DNA of 64,000 bases from Azolla caroliniana (taxonomy: Eukaryota; Plantae; Polypodiophyta), in the NCBI GenBank assembly GCA_043228905.1, contig JBHGNT010000005.1, positions 10,664,001 to 10,728,000 of the forward strand. The letters run 5' to 3'. Under the pieces are notes generated by a model that was not told where the DNA came from, ran no database searches, and saw only the letters and a list, made by a program, of their open reading frames with translations. Position 1 is the stretch's first letter. Every line of letters begins with the position of its first letter. Both the position numbers and the translations under genes were made by a program. Shown one piece after another: positions 27,669 through 37,463 of the stretch.

Positions 27669-30600
27669 ATGGAAGGCGGCGGTAGTGGGCCTCCGGGCAT
27701 GATGGTGTTGAACGCGCAGAACTACGCCGACTGGAAGATCAAGATGGAGGATCTTTTGATTGTTCGGGACCTGTACGAACCGATTGACAGGTCGGAAATA
27801 CCGAAGGGGGTACTTGAGACGGAATGGAGGCTTCTGAACCGGAAAGCCGTTGCAACCATTCGGCAATACGTCGATGTGAGCGTTCTACAGCATGTGGCGA
27901 ACGACACCAACGCATACGAGATGTGGCGGAAGCTGTCGGGCCTCTACGAGAGGAAGAATGCGTTGAACCGGACCTCCCTGATGAGAAAGATAGTGAACCT
28001 CAAGTACCGGGACGGCGAGAGTATGGTGGAACACGTAAGCACGTTCATGGGATTCGTGAACCAGCTTGCGGCGATCAAGTTCCCGTTGGAGGATGCAATG
28101 CAAGCCATCATCCTGATGTGTACATTGCCGGACAGCTGGGAGAACTTGGTGGTGACTCTCAGCACCTCCTGCACCGAAGATAACTTGTCCCTACAAACGG
28201 TAAAGACAAGTATTTTGAACGAAGAAGCGCGTCGGAGAGATAAAGAACCGGCCTCCGACTCGAAGGCGCTGCTTACCGAATCGGAACGGGGAAGACAATG
28301 GAACTGGAGTCCGCAAAGACGGGATAAGTCGGGGACCCGGTCGCAGTCAAGAGGAAGGCCCACATGCTTCCACTGTGGGAAGCCGGGGCACTTCCGGAAG
28401 AATTGTCGGCATTACCGAAAGGACAACGGAGCCGACGACACCGATTCGAAGAAGTCACCGGAGAGAAACGGTGCATACCGGGGAGCCACGGACCGGAGAG
28501 GTCCGGATCGGCGAGGGCAGGACCGGAAAGGAACGACAGCACTCGCGGCAAGTGAAGAGGAGATCATGCTCATTACCGAAGAGAGGGAGCTGAACATTGC
28601 CGGTGTAGAGATGACCTGGGTGGTCGACTCCGGAGCGTCGTTCCACCTGACCCCGGAGAAGAAATACTTCTCATCCTACACAGCCGGTGAGCACGGCTGT
28701 GTCCGGATGGGAAATGAAGGTACATGCCGGATTGCCGGCATAGGAGACGTGTGGCTGATGACATCAACCGGATGCAAGATGCTGCTGAAGAATGTCCGAC
28801 ACGTTCCGGAGGTTCGATTGAACCTGATTTCGGCCGGGAGGCTAGATGATGAAGGCTACACAGGTAGCATCCGGAACGGCGTAATGAAGTTCAGCAAGGG
28901 GAGCCTGATAGTGGCTCGGGCCCGGAAAGACAACACACTGTACCTGATGAATGCCCGGTTATGTCCGGAAGAGCTGAACGTGGCAGCCGACACTGCCGGT
29001 GAGCTGTGGCACAAGAGACTGTGCCACATGAGTGAGAAGGGGATGAAGAGGCTTGCAGAAGACAACCTTATTCCAGTGAAGCATGTGCACCTGGAGAAGT
29101 GCACCGACTGCCTGGCCGGTAAGCAAAACCGGACCTCCTTCCACTCAAGGCCCCCGACGAGACGTAGCGCACCATTGGAGCTGGTGCACACTGATGTGTG
29201 TCAGGTAGAAACGAAGTCACACGGCGGAGCCCAGTACTTCGTGACTTTCATTGATGATCACAGCCGGAAGCTGTGGACAGCACCGCTGAAGACAAAGGAC
29301 CAAGTATTGTCCGTCTTCAAAGAACTCCACGCGAGAGTGGAAAGGGAATCCGGCAAGAAGCTGAAAGCGATACGAGCGGATAACGGAGGGGAATACCGGG
29401 GGCAGTTCCAGGAGTACTGTCGCTCGAAGGGAATCCGGCTCGAGTTTACTGTGCCGAAGACGCCGGAACTGAACGGGCTGGCCGAGAGGATGAACCGGAC
29501 CATAATGGAGAGGGTCCGGAGTATGCTGGCGCATGCGAAATTACCCAAGGGGTTCTGGGCTGAGGCAATGTCGACGGCGACATACGTGATAAACAGATCA
29601 CCCTCAGTACCTTTGGACGGAGACACGCCGCAAAAAGTGTGGACCGGTAAGGAAGTGTCCTACCGGCATCTGAAGGTGTTCGGGTGTCTCGCCTACGTGC
29701 ATGTGGCAAAGGACCGGAGAGGAAAGCTAGATCCAAAGACCCGGCCATGCATATTCCTCGGTTACGGCGACGACGAGTTCGGCTACCGAGTATGGGACCC
29801 GGTCGACAAGAAGATATTCAGGAGTCGAGACATCATCTTCATGGAGGACAAGACACTCGCCGACTGGGAGTCGGAGAAGAAGATGAAGAGCTCCAAGACG
29901 ACCGGTGAGGATCAACTCTACGAGGAGCAGTCCCGACCGGCAAGGGACCGGTTAGCACTCGAGGATCCGGCCGAAGACGGTGAAGAAACAGAACCGGCCG
30001 AAGAAGATGAAAATGATACCGGAACCGGCCCCGATCCCGAAATGGATTCGGATGAAGAGGAAACGGAGGAGCCGGTTACCGAAGCTCCGGAACGGAGATA
30101 TCCTCTAAGAGAGAGAAGGGCCCCCCGGAGATTTCCGGAACCAGAGCACGTGCTGCTAACCGACGAAGGGGAGCCGGAGAGCTTTGAAGAAGCGAAGCAT
30201 GACACCCATAGCCGCAGGTGGTTAAGTGCCATGCAGGAGGAGATGGATTCCCTGCATGAGAACCACACATATGAACTTGTGGAGTTGCCGAAAGGAAAGC
30301 GGGCACTTCGAAACAAGTGGGTGTTCAAGCTGAAACCGGGAGACGCCGGAAACCCCCCGAGATACAAAGCCAGGATCGTGGTGAAGGGGTTCCAGCAGAA
30401 GAAGGGCGTTGACTTCGACGAGATATTTGCCCCGGTAGTGAAGATGACCTCCATCCGGACGGTGCTGAGCATAGCGGCAAGCATGGACCTCGAGGTAGAA
30501 CAGATGGACGTGAAGACGGCATTCCTTCACGGTGACCTCGAAGAAGAGATCTACATGCAGCAACCGGAAGGATTCGAGAAGAAAGGGAAGGAGCACCTGG

Positions 30601-31742
30601 TATGCCGGTTGAAGAAGAGCCTTTACGGACTGAAGCAGGCTCCCCGGCAATGGTACCGGAAGTTCGACTCTTTCATGACCGACGAAGGGTACCACAAAAC
30701 GCAGTCCGATCACTGCGTGTTTGTGAAGAAGTTCGAAGGGGGAGACTCTCTAACACTCCTCCTGTACGTGGACGACATGTTGATCGTCGGACGGGACCAG
30801 GTCAAGATACGGATGCTGAAGAAGGCTCTTCACCGAACCTTCTCAATGAAAGACCTGGGTCCGGCGAGGCAAATACTAGGGATGCACATCATCCGGGACC
30901 GGAAGAAGAAGCAGTTGTGGCTGTCACAGGAGAAGTACGTGACAAAGGTGCTTCTACGGTTCAACATGTCGGAAGCAAGACCGGTCGGATCGACCCTCCC
31001 GGCAAACTGCAAGTTGTCCAGCAAGCATAGCCCCAAGACAAAGGCTGAGAAGGAGGACATGATGAAAGTGCCATATGCCTCTGCCGTCGGAAGCTTGATG
31101 TACGCAATGGTGTGTACAAGACCGGACATAGGATATGCAGTCGGAGTGGTGAGCCGGTACATGAGCAATCCCGGAAAAGAGCACTGGAACGCGGTCAAGT
31201 GGATACTCCGATACCTGAAGGGCTCGGCAAACGTGTGCCTCCGATTCGGCTCCGGTAAGCCCGAACTCGACGGCTTCACCGATTCGGATATGTCGGCTGA
31301 TGCAGATACCAGCCGGTCCACATCAGGGTATGTGATGACGTATGCAGGGGGAGCTGTTTCATGGCAGTCGAGGCTGCAGAAGACGGTTGCGTTGTCAACC
31401 ACGGAGGCGGAGTACATGGCGGCTGTTGAAGCCGGCAAGGAAATAATATGGATGAAGGACTTCATTAGAGAGCTCGGTATCCGGCAGGAGGAGTACCGAC
31501 TCTACTGCGACAGTCAGAGTGCCATCCACCTTGCGAAGAATGCGGCCTATCACTCCCGGACGAAGCACATCCAGCGTAGATACCACTGGATCCGGGAAAG
31601 GATAGAAGACAAGGAGTTCGTGCTGACGAAGATCCACACGGACGAGAACGGGTCGGATATGCTGACCAAGGTGCTCACACCCGACAAGCTGGAAGCATGC
31701 CGGAAGAGGATCGGATTGGAGAGACATCCCATGCCGAAGTGA
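27669..31742 (+). CDS. gag-pol: Copia Gag-Pol polyprotein, 1357 aa, uninterrupted
   Basis: CFHCGKPGHFRKNC; WVVDSGAS; HHCC plus HTDVC/RADNGGEY/NGLAE integrase; QMDVKTAFLHG and YVDD RT; FTDSD and TEAEY RNase H. Confidence 0.97.
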   Translation: MEGGGSGPPGMMVLNAQNYADWKIKMEDLLIVRDLYEPIDRSEIPKGVLETEWRLLNRKAVATIRQYVDVSVLQHVANDTNAYEMWRKLSGLYERKNALNRTSLMRKIVNLKYRDGESMVEHVSTFMGFVNQLAAIKFPLEDAMQAIILMCTLPDSWENLVVTLSTSCTEDNLSLQTVKTSILNEEARRRDKEPASDSKALLTESERGRQWNWSPQRRDKSGTRSQSRGRPTCFHCGKPGHFRKNCRHYRKDNGADDTDSKKSPERNGAYRGATDRRGPDRRGQDRKGTTALAASEEEIMLITEERELNIAGVEMTWVVDSGASFHLTPEKKYFSSYTAGEHGCVRMGNEGTCRIAGIGDVWLMTSTGCKMLLKNVRHVPEVRLNLISAGRLDDEGYTGSIRNGVMKFSKGSLIVARARKDNTLYLMNARLCPEELNVAADTAGELWHKRLCHMSEKGMKRLAEDNLIPVKHVHLEKCTDCLAGKQNRTSFHSRPPTRRSAPLELVHTDVCQVETKSHGGAQYFVTFIDDHSRKLWTAPLKTKDQVLSVFKELHARVERESGKKLKAIRADNGGEYRGQFQEYCRSKGIRLEFTVPKTPELNGLAERMNRTIMERVRSMLAHAKLPKGFWAEAMSTATYVINRSPSVPLDGDTPQKVWTGKEVSYRHLKVFGCLAYVHVAKDRRGKLDPKTRPCIFLGYGDDEFGYRVWDPVDKKIFRSRDIIFMEDKTLADWESEKKMKSSKTTGEDQLYEEQSRPARDRLALEDPAEDGEETEPAEEDENDTGTGPDPEMDSDEEETEEPVTEAPERRYPLRERRAPRRFPEPEHVLLTDEGEPESFEEAKHDTHSRRWLSAMQEEMDSLHENHTYELVELPKGKRALRNKWVFKLKPGDAGNPPRYKARIVVKGFQQKKGVDFDEIFAPVVKMTSIRTVLSIAASMDLEVEQMDVKTAFLHGDLEEEIYMQQPEGFEKKGKEHLVCRLKKSLYGLKQAPRQWYRKFDSFMTDEGYHKTQSDHCVFVKKFEGGDSLTLLLYVDDMLIVGRDQVKIRMLKKALHRTFSMKDLGPARQILGMHIIRDRKKKQLWLSQEKYVTKVLLRFNMSEARPVGSTLPANCKLSSKHSPKTKAEKEDMMKVPYASAVGSLMYAMVCTRPDIGYAVGVVSRYMSNPGKEHWNAVKWILRYLKGSANVCLRFGSGKPELDGFTDSDMSADADTSRSTSGYVMTYAGGAVSWQSRLQKTVALSTTEAEYMAAVEAGKEIIWMKDFIRELGIRQEEYRLYCDSQSAIHLAKNAAYHSRTKHIQRRYHWIRERIEDKEFVLTKIHTDENGSDMLTKVLTPDKLEACRKRIGLERHPMPK

Positions 31743-32632
31743 AGGGGGAGTTTGTTGGGATTTTCGGTCCCTCCGGATGGGATGTCCGGAGATGAATGAC
31801 GGCAAGCCCGGTTGCGGTTACGGATCCGGAGAATGAAGAGTACCCGGCATGAAGCCGGATGAAGAGTACCCGGCTACGGAGCCGGATGATGAAGACCCGG
31901 CTACGGAGCCGGATGACGAAGACCCGGCTACGGAGCCGGATGACGAAGACCCGGCTACGGAGCCGGATGACGAAGACCCGGCTACAGAGCCGGATGATGT
32001 ATGTACCCGGAGAGAGATCCGGATGCGGGGACATATTTGTGAATATGTTTGCCAAGGGCCCTTGAGGCTATATTTGTAAATAGCCCGAAAGTCATATGTG
32101 TATAAATATGACTTAGGGCAAACTGTTTGTTTGTTGCTGAAAAGTTGTTGCTCATTTTCTGTTTTCCACTTAGAGGGAGCGAAGTGAGAGCAGCCGAGAG
32201 AGAGAGAGAGAGAGAAACGAAGAGGTCGTCGCCTCTGTGTATTACCGCCGCCTGTGGCGAAGACAGTGAGCTCAAGGTTGTTGCCTTGAAGCTTCACCAT
32301 TGTACATCTCTGTTCATAGTGATAGTTGGAGTTTGAGGACTCCCGTGGTTTTTCCCATTTAGGGTTTTCCACGTAAAATATCCTGTGTACTCTTCTCTCG
32401 AAAGTCTTCGTGTACCTTGTATTTCCTATTTTCTGTGAGTTGATCCTACTCCTAGGTTGTGGCCGAGCGCTGTTTTACGACAGAATATTCTATATTACTC
32501 TACATTCTAGAATGACCTAGAATATTCTAGAGTGTTCTATACCACTAGAACCTTCTAGAATACTCTAGAGATCTTCTAGATTACTCTACATTCTAGGATA
32601 ACCTAGAATATTCTAGAGAGTTCTCTATTACT

Positions 32633-32640
32633 TATAAATA
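32633..32640 (+). promoter_or_regulatory. TATA box of the D LTR
   Basis: TATAAATA about 25 nt upstream of the sequence complementary to the PBS. Confidence 0.7.
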
Positions 32641-32791
32641 GGGATCTACCACCCATCCCAAACCTAAATTGGTTCAACGCCATTTTGTAGCCTACTCTTT
32701 GTAATCCATTTTACGCTTCAATATAATAATTCTCTTTCAATTATCTCTCTATCTCTTTTTCTCTCTCTTTCTCTCTCTCAGTCTTGACAGT

Positions 32792-32803
32792 TTGAACCAA
32801 TTT
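32792..32803 (+). promoter_or_regulatory. Self-priming-type primer binding site of D
   Basis: TTGAACCAATTT is the exact complement of LTR 32666-32677 AAATTGGTTCAA; no TGG tRNA-type PBS. Confidence 0.8.
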
Positions 32804-32877
32804 TTTTCCTTTCATCTCTTCGTCTTCCACAAACCCTAACAAGTTCTCTTCTTCCTTCTCCTCTCCCCTCATAAGCT

Positions 32878-34002
32878 ATGGAGTCCGTGAGCAAACAAGA
32901 ATACATGCGTGTTCTTTCTGAGCTCGACATGCTCACGAATAAATTTGTGGCATTAGAGCATGAGAATCAAAGGCTACTTGGAGATCTACAGCACGTGAGC
33001 GCCGAAAAAGCTCAACAATATGAAGAGTTATCACAGCGGGTTCATCAACTTGAGGCGACTATATTGTCATTACGAGAGCAAGCGTCGGGGGCTCAGAACT
33101 CCCCTAGAGAGCCAAAGATCAGCCTCCCTGCCAAGTTTGATGGTACAAGGTCTTTATTTCGAGGCTTTTTGAATCAAGTTCATTTAGTTATTCAGCTACA
33201 TCCCAATCGGTATCCAACTGATGCTGCTCGTGTGGGATTAGTGGGAACTTTGCTATGCGGTACAGCGTTAGCATGGTTCGCACCACTTCTCGAGAAGAAA
33301 TCACCATTGCTGGAGGATTTCGAGGCCTTTGTTAAAGAGTTTCAAGCTAGTTTCGGAGACACCAACAGCACTAGGACAGCGATAAACAAGATTCGAAGGC
33401 TCCGACAAGGAGATCGTCCCGCGTCGTCTTATGCAGCCGATTTCCGTCTCTTGGCATGCGATATCCCTTGGGATGAGGCAGCTTTAATGGAACAATTCCG
33501 TCAAGGTTTGAGAAATGATGTCAAAGATCTTCTTCTTACTTTCCTTGAAGATCCGAAGTCACTTACAGAAGCCATTAGTCGAGCTGTGCGATGTGATAAT
33601 CGCCTATTTGAGAGACGTTCTGAGTGCCAACAAATGTTACGCCGCCAACCTGAACAGACTTACGCTTCCGTAGTCGCAACGCCTCCACAAGTTTCTAGAC
33701 CCATTACAAGGGATGGCCCAACTCCGATGGAAATAGAGTCAACACAACGTCGTGGGCCGTTATCAGATGCTGAGAAGCAACGATGTCGAGCGCATCACCT
33801 CCGCCTGTATTGTGGTGGTCCAGGACATATAGCTGTAAATTGTCCACATAAACCTAGGCGTCAAGTATACCAAGTAAGTGCCCATGAAAACCCTACATCG
33901 AGTTCTATTGTTACTTCTAATAACATAAATAAGCCTCATAGTCCATGTCATGAGAATAGATTCGATGTCTTGAGTCAATTAGAGGATGTGTTAAACGAGT
34001 AA
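32878..34002 (+). CDS. gag: Gag of chromovirus D (PEG10/RTL1-like capsid)
   Basis: PAKFDG, LRQG and PTPMEIE motifs; knuckle RLYCGGPGHIAVNC with the first Cys mutated. Confidence 0.93.
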   Translation: MESVSKQEYMRVLSELDMLTNKFVALEHENQRLLGDLQHVSAEKAQQYEELSQRVHQLEATILSLREQASGAQNSPREPKISLPAKFDGTRSLFRGFLNQVHLVIQLHPNRYPTDAARVGLVGTLLCGTALAWFAPLLEKKSPLLEDFEAFVKEFQASFGDTNSTRTAINKIRRLRQGDRPASSYAADFRLLACDIPWDEAALMEQFRQGLRNDVKDLLLTFLEDPKSLTEAISRAVRCDNRLFERRSECQQMLRRQPEQTYASVVATPPQVSRPITRDGPTPMEIESTQRRGPLSDAEKQRCRAHHLRLYCGGPGHIAVNCPHKPRRQVYQVSAHENPTSSSIVTSNNINKPHSPCHENRFDVLSQLEDVLNE

Positions 34003-37000
34003 GTCCGGCCAAAATAGGAGCCATTTGGCTGGACCATCCTAGCTATGTAGAGTTAGTTCCTAGTCGTGGTTCCATTTCATCAAATCAAGTGAGTCGAGTT
34101 TTTTCAGCACAAGTCGAGCTTACCACATCTACATGTCATCGAGTCCTAGCCTCTGCCCTTCTAGATTCTGGAGCCAACTCTTGTTTCATGGATCGTGAAT
34201 TTGCCTTGTCACAAAACATCCTCTTGAATAAGCTTCCCAACCCAGTAGCCGTAGGAGTCATCGATGGACGTCCCATAGCATCAGGAGATATTGTCGAGGA
34301 GTCCGAGCCAATTAGGATAGTTCTTGTCAATTTGGCAAGCCTAATCTCTTTCAATATTATTCGTAGTCCGGACCACCCAATAGTTCTAGGTCTCCCCTGG
34401 TTTGAACTCCATAACCCGAAGATTGATTGGATGAAAAGAACAATTGAGGAGACTCGGGAAAAAAGCACAAATCCCGCATCCCTCTCTCCTACATGTGCTA
34501 ATAGATCCCCGGAGTTATCGCCCATCTCTTTACGACAGTTGCGGGAGGAAGGGGGGAACGAGGCCATGTTCGTCTTCGCAATAGTAGCAACTCCATCATC
34601 CACTTCACGTGACGCGGATATTAAACTACCAGAGAAATACAAGGAGTTTTCAGATGTCTTTGATAAGGTGAAGGCCAATACATTACCGGAGCATCGGCCA
34701 TACGACTGCCCTATTGACTTACAACCAGGGAAAGAACCTCCATGGGGCCCAATTTATAATCTCTCCCCTGTAGAGCTAGAGACTTTGCGGGAATATATTG
34801 ATGAGAATCTGGCAAACGGATTCATTCGGCATTCTAGATCCCCTGCTGGTGCACCTATCTTCTTCGTTAAGAAGAAGAATGGGACTCTTCGGTTGGTCGT
34901 GGATTATCGAGGGCTAAACAAAGTGACTATCCGAAATAGATATGCTCTACCATTAATCCCGAATCTTTTGGAACGTCTCAGTGGTGCAAAATATTTCACG
35001 AAGTTGGACCTTCGCGGAGCATATAATCTAGTTCGGATTCGCCCGGGGGATGAATGGAAGACAGCTTTCCGCACTCGCTATGGACATTTTGAGTATACAG
35101 TGATGCCATTTGGTCTCACGAATGCACCTGCTGTTTTCCAACATATGGCGAACGATATTTTTCGAGACTTTCTTGATATCTTCACTATAGTTTACCTAGA
35201 TGATATTTTAATCTACTCAAAGACCCAAGAGGAGCATGATGCACATGTTCGTCAAGTACTGTGCCGACTCCGAGAATATGGTCTCTACGCAAAATTAGAA
35301 AAGTGTAGTTTCGGCCAGAATCAAGTGGAATTTTTGGGGTATGTTGTATCGTCAAATGGTATTGCTATGGACCCCATGAAGGTACAGGCAATTTTAGAGT
35401 GGCAAACGCCCCTTTCAGTGCGTGATGTGCAATGTTTTCTCGGGTTTGCAAATTTTTATCGAAAATTTATTAAAGATTATTCCAAGGTTGTGCTTCCGCT
35501 TACTCAGCTCACACATAAAGATCAACCATTTATATGGAGTTCAGATGCATCCGAGGCATTCGAAAGCTTAAAACGAGCATTTACAACGGCACCTATCTTA
35601 GCACATGTCGACCCAACAAAACGCTTCATCCTCGAAGCCGATGCATCCGATTTTGCACTAGGGAGTGTCCTCTCGCAGACTGGAGATGATGGACAACTAC
35701 ACCCTGTCGCCTTTCATTCACGAAAGTTTGAAGCTGCAGAGATCAACTACGAGATCCATGACAAAGAGCTTCTTGCAATCGTGGATTCGTTTCAACAATG
35801 GCGACATTTCCTAGAAGGTTCTTCTCAGCAGATCATTGTCTACAATGATCATAAGAACCTGACTTATTTCCAAAATGCTCGAGTCTTGAGTCGGCGACAA
35901 GCCCGGTGGGCGCAATTTTTGACTCACTTCGACTTTATCATCATATATCGCCCTGGGATGCAGCAAGGCAAAGCAGATGCTCTTTCTCGGCGCTCTTATA
36001 TGGAACTTCGTCCAGGGGAACCTGCTTTTGAGCATCAAAAACAAATCCTTTTGGGTCCTAATCGATTACGATTAATGGTAGTTAACACCATAACAGCTCT
36101 TGAAAATTCCACTCTTCTTGATTCCATTCGAGATCATATGGCCACTGATGATTTCGTCAAGGATGTTTTGGATCATATCGTCCCGGATCGTGCTTCTTGC
36201 TCACAGTCGAAAAATCCTCGTAATGACTATTGTCAGTTCTATTGGCATGATGGTTTTCTATTTCGACAAAATTTATTGTATGTTCCTGATGGTCCCCCAC
36301 GGCTACAAGTTTTGCAACATTGCCATGACTCACCAATGGCTGGTCATTTTGGAGTTCACAAGACTCTAGAATTAATTTCTCGACGCTATTGGTGGCCTCG
36401 CCTTCGTCATTTTGTTGAGGAGTATGTTCGGAGTTGTGATATATGTTGTCGATCAAAGAATCCTCGTCACCGACCCTATGGCTTACTACCACCACTTCCC
36501 ATTCCGGAAACACCTTGGAAGTCTATATCCTTGGACTTCATTACTGATCTCCCAGTTTCAAAAGGTTTTGATGCAATTCTCACAGTGGTTGATCGATTTA
36601 CCAAAATGGCACATTTCTTGCCATGTACAAAGTCGATTACTAGTCAAGAGACGGCTGATCTCGTTATGCGGGAGGTATTTAAGCATCATGGTCTGCCAGA
36701 TGATATTATTAGTGATCGTGGTCCACAATTCATCTCAAAGTTTCGGAAGCACCTGTTCAAACTTCTCCACATTTCAGTTAAGCTTTCGTCGGGCTATCAT
36801 CCTGAAACAAATGGCCAAACAGAGCGTACCAACCAGACATTGGAACAATATCTTCGTTGTTTCATCAACTATCAACAAGATGATTGGGTTGCATTTTTGC
36901 ACTTGGCGGAATTCGCTTACAACAACTCAGCCCATTCTTCTACAGGATATTCCCCATTTTTCGCAAATACGGGCTGTCATCCTCGATGGACGATGAACGC

Positions 37001-37463
37001 GCATCCAGAAGTTCCTACCAACCCTGCTGCCGAGGATCGTCTTAGTCGCCTCCAAGAAATTCAAGCTAACATTCTCCACAATTTGCACGATGCTCAATTT
37101 ACACACAAGAGGCTTGCCGATCGTCATCGTCTAGACTCCTCAAAAAAGTTCCGCATTGGGGATCATGTATGGCTTCTCCAACACAACATCAAGACCACTC
37201 GACCTTGCAGTAAATTGGATTACCAACGTTTTGGCCCTTACATGATCACTGGTAAGATAAGTGATGTTGCATTTCGTCTTGACCTCCCTCCGCACATGCA
37301 TCTTCATCCGGTGTTTCATGTATCCCTTTTGGAACCTTATACTACAAGTTCAATTCCGGGCCGTCTTACGACACCCCCACCACCTGTCGAGTTCTTGGAC
37401 GGGCCTGAATTTGAAGTTGCTGCCGTTCTCGATTCTAAAATCGTGCGCAACAAGTTGTATTAG
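33990..37463 (+). CDS. pol: Pol of D (PR-RT-RH-INT-chromodomain) in the -1 frame; stop inside the chromodomain
   Basis: LLDSGA, YLDD, DASD, HHCC, SLDFI/SDRG/NGQTE motifs, GPY and FEVAAVLD..LY*LVDWLGY..RTWEP. Confidence 0.93.
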   Translation, partial: VKRVSPAKIGAIWLDHPSYVELVPSRGSISSNQVSRVFSAQVELTTSTCHRVLASALLDSGANSCFMDREFALSQNILLNKLPNPVAVGVIDGRPIASGDIVEESEPIRIVLVNLASLISFNIIRSPDHPIVLGLPWFELHNPKIDWMKRTIEETREKSTNPASLSPTCANRSPELSPISLRQLREEGGNEAMFVFAIVATPSSTSRDADIKLPEKYKEFSDVFDKVKANTLPEHRPYDCPIDLQPGKEPPWGPIYNLSPVELETLREYIDENLANGFIRHSRSPAGAPIFFVKKKNGTLRLVVDYRGLNKVTIRNRYALPLIPNLLERLSGAKYFTKLDLRGAYNLVRIRPGDEWKTAFRTRYGHFEYTVMPFGLTNAPAVFQHMANDIFRDFLDIFTIVYLDDILIYSKTQEEHDAHVRQVLCRLREYGLYAKLEKCSFGQNQVEFLGYVVSSNGIAMDPMKVQAILEWQTPLSVRDVQCFLGFANFYRKFIKDYSKVVLPLTQLTHKDQPFIWSSDASEAFESLKRAFTTAPILAHVDPTKRFILEADASDFALGSVLSQTGDDGQLHPVAFHSRKFEAAEINYEIHDKELLAIVDSFQQWRHFLEGSSQQIIVYNDHKNLTYFQNARVLSRRQARWAQFLTHFDFIIIYRPGMQQGKADALSRRSYMELRPGEPAFEHQKQILLGPNRLRLMVVNTITALENSTLLDSIRDHMATDDFVKDVLDHIVPDRASCSQSKNPRNDYCQFYWHDGFLFRQNLLYVPDGPPRLQVLQHCHDSPMAGHFGVHKTLELISRRYWWPRLRHFVEEYVRSCDICCRSKNPRHRPYGLLPPLPIPETPWKSISLDFITDLPVSKGFDAILTVVDRFTKMAHFLPCTKSITSQETADLVMREVFKHHGLPDDIISDRGPQFISKFRKHLFKLLHISVKLSSGYHPETNGQTERTNQTLEQYLRCFINYQQDDWVAFLHLAEFAYNNSAHSSTGYSPFFANTGCHPRWTMNAHPEVPTNPAAEDRLSRLQEIQANILHNLHDAQFTHKRLADRHRLDSSKKFRIGDHVWLLQHNIKTTRPCSKLDYQRFGPYMITGKISDVAFRLDLPPHMHLHPVFHVSLLEPYTTSSIPGRLTTPPPPVEFLDGPEFEVAAVLDSKIVRNKLY

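Larger units (their letters stand above)
26908..32482 (+). mobile_element. Intact Tnt1/Tto1-like Ty1/Copia element E
   Basis: TSD GAATA; 730-bp LTRs 26908-27637 and 31753-32482; PBS TGGTATCAGAGC 27641-27652; PPT GAAGGGGGAG 31741-31750. Confidence 0.98.
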
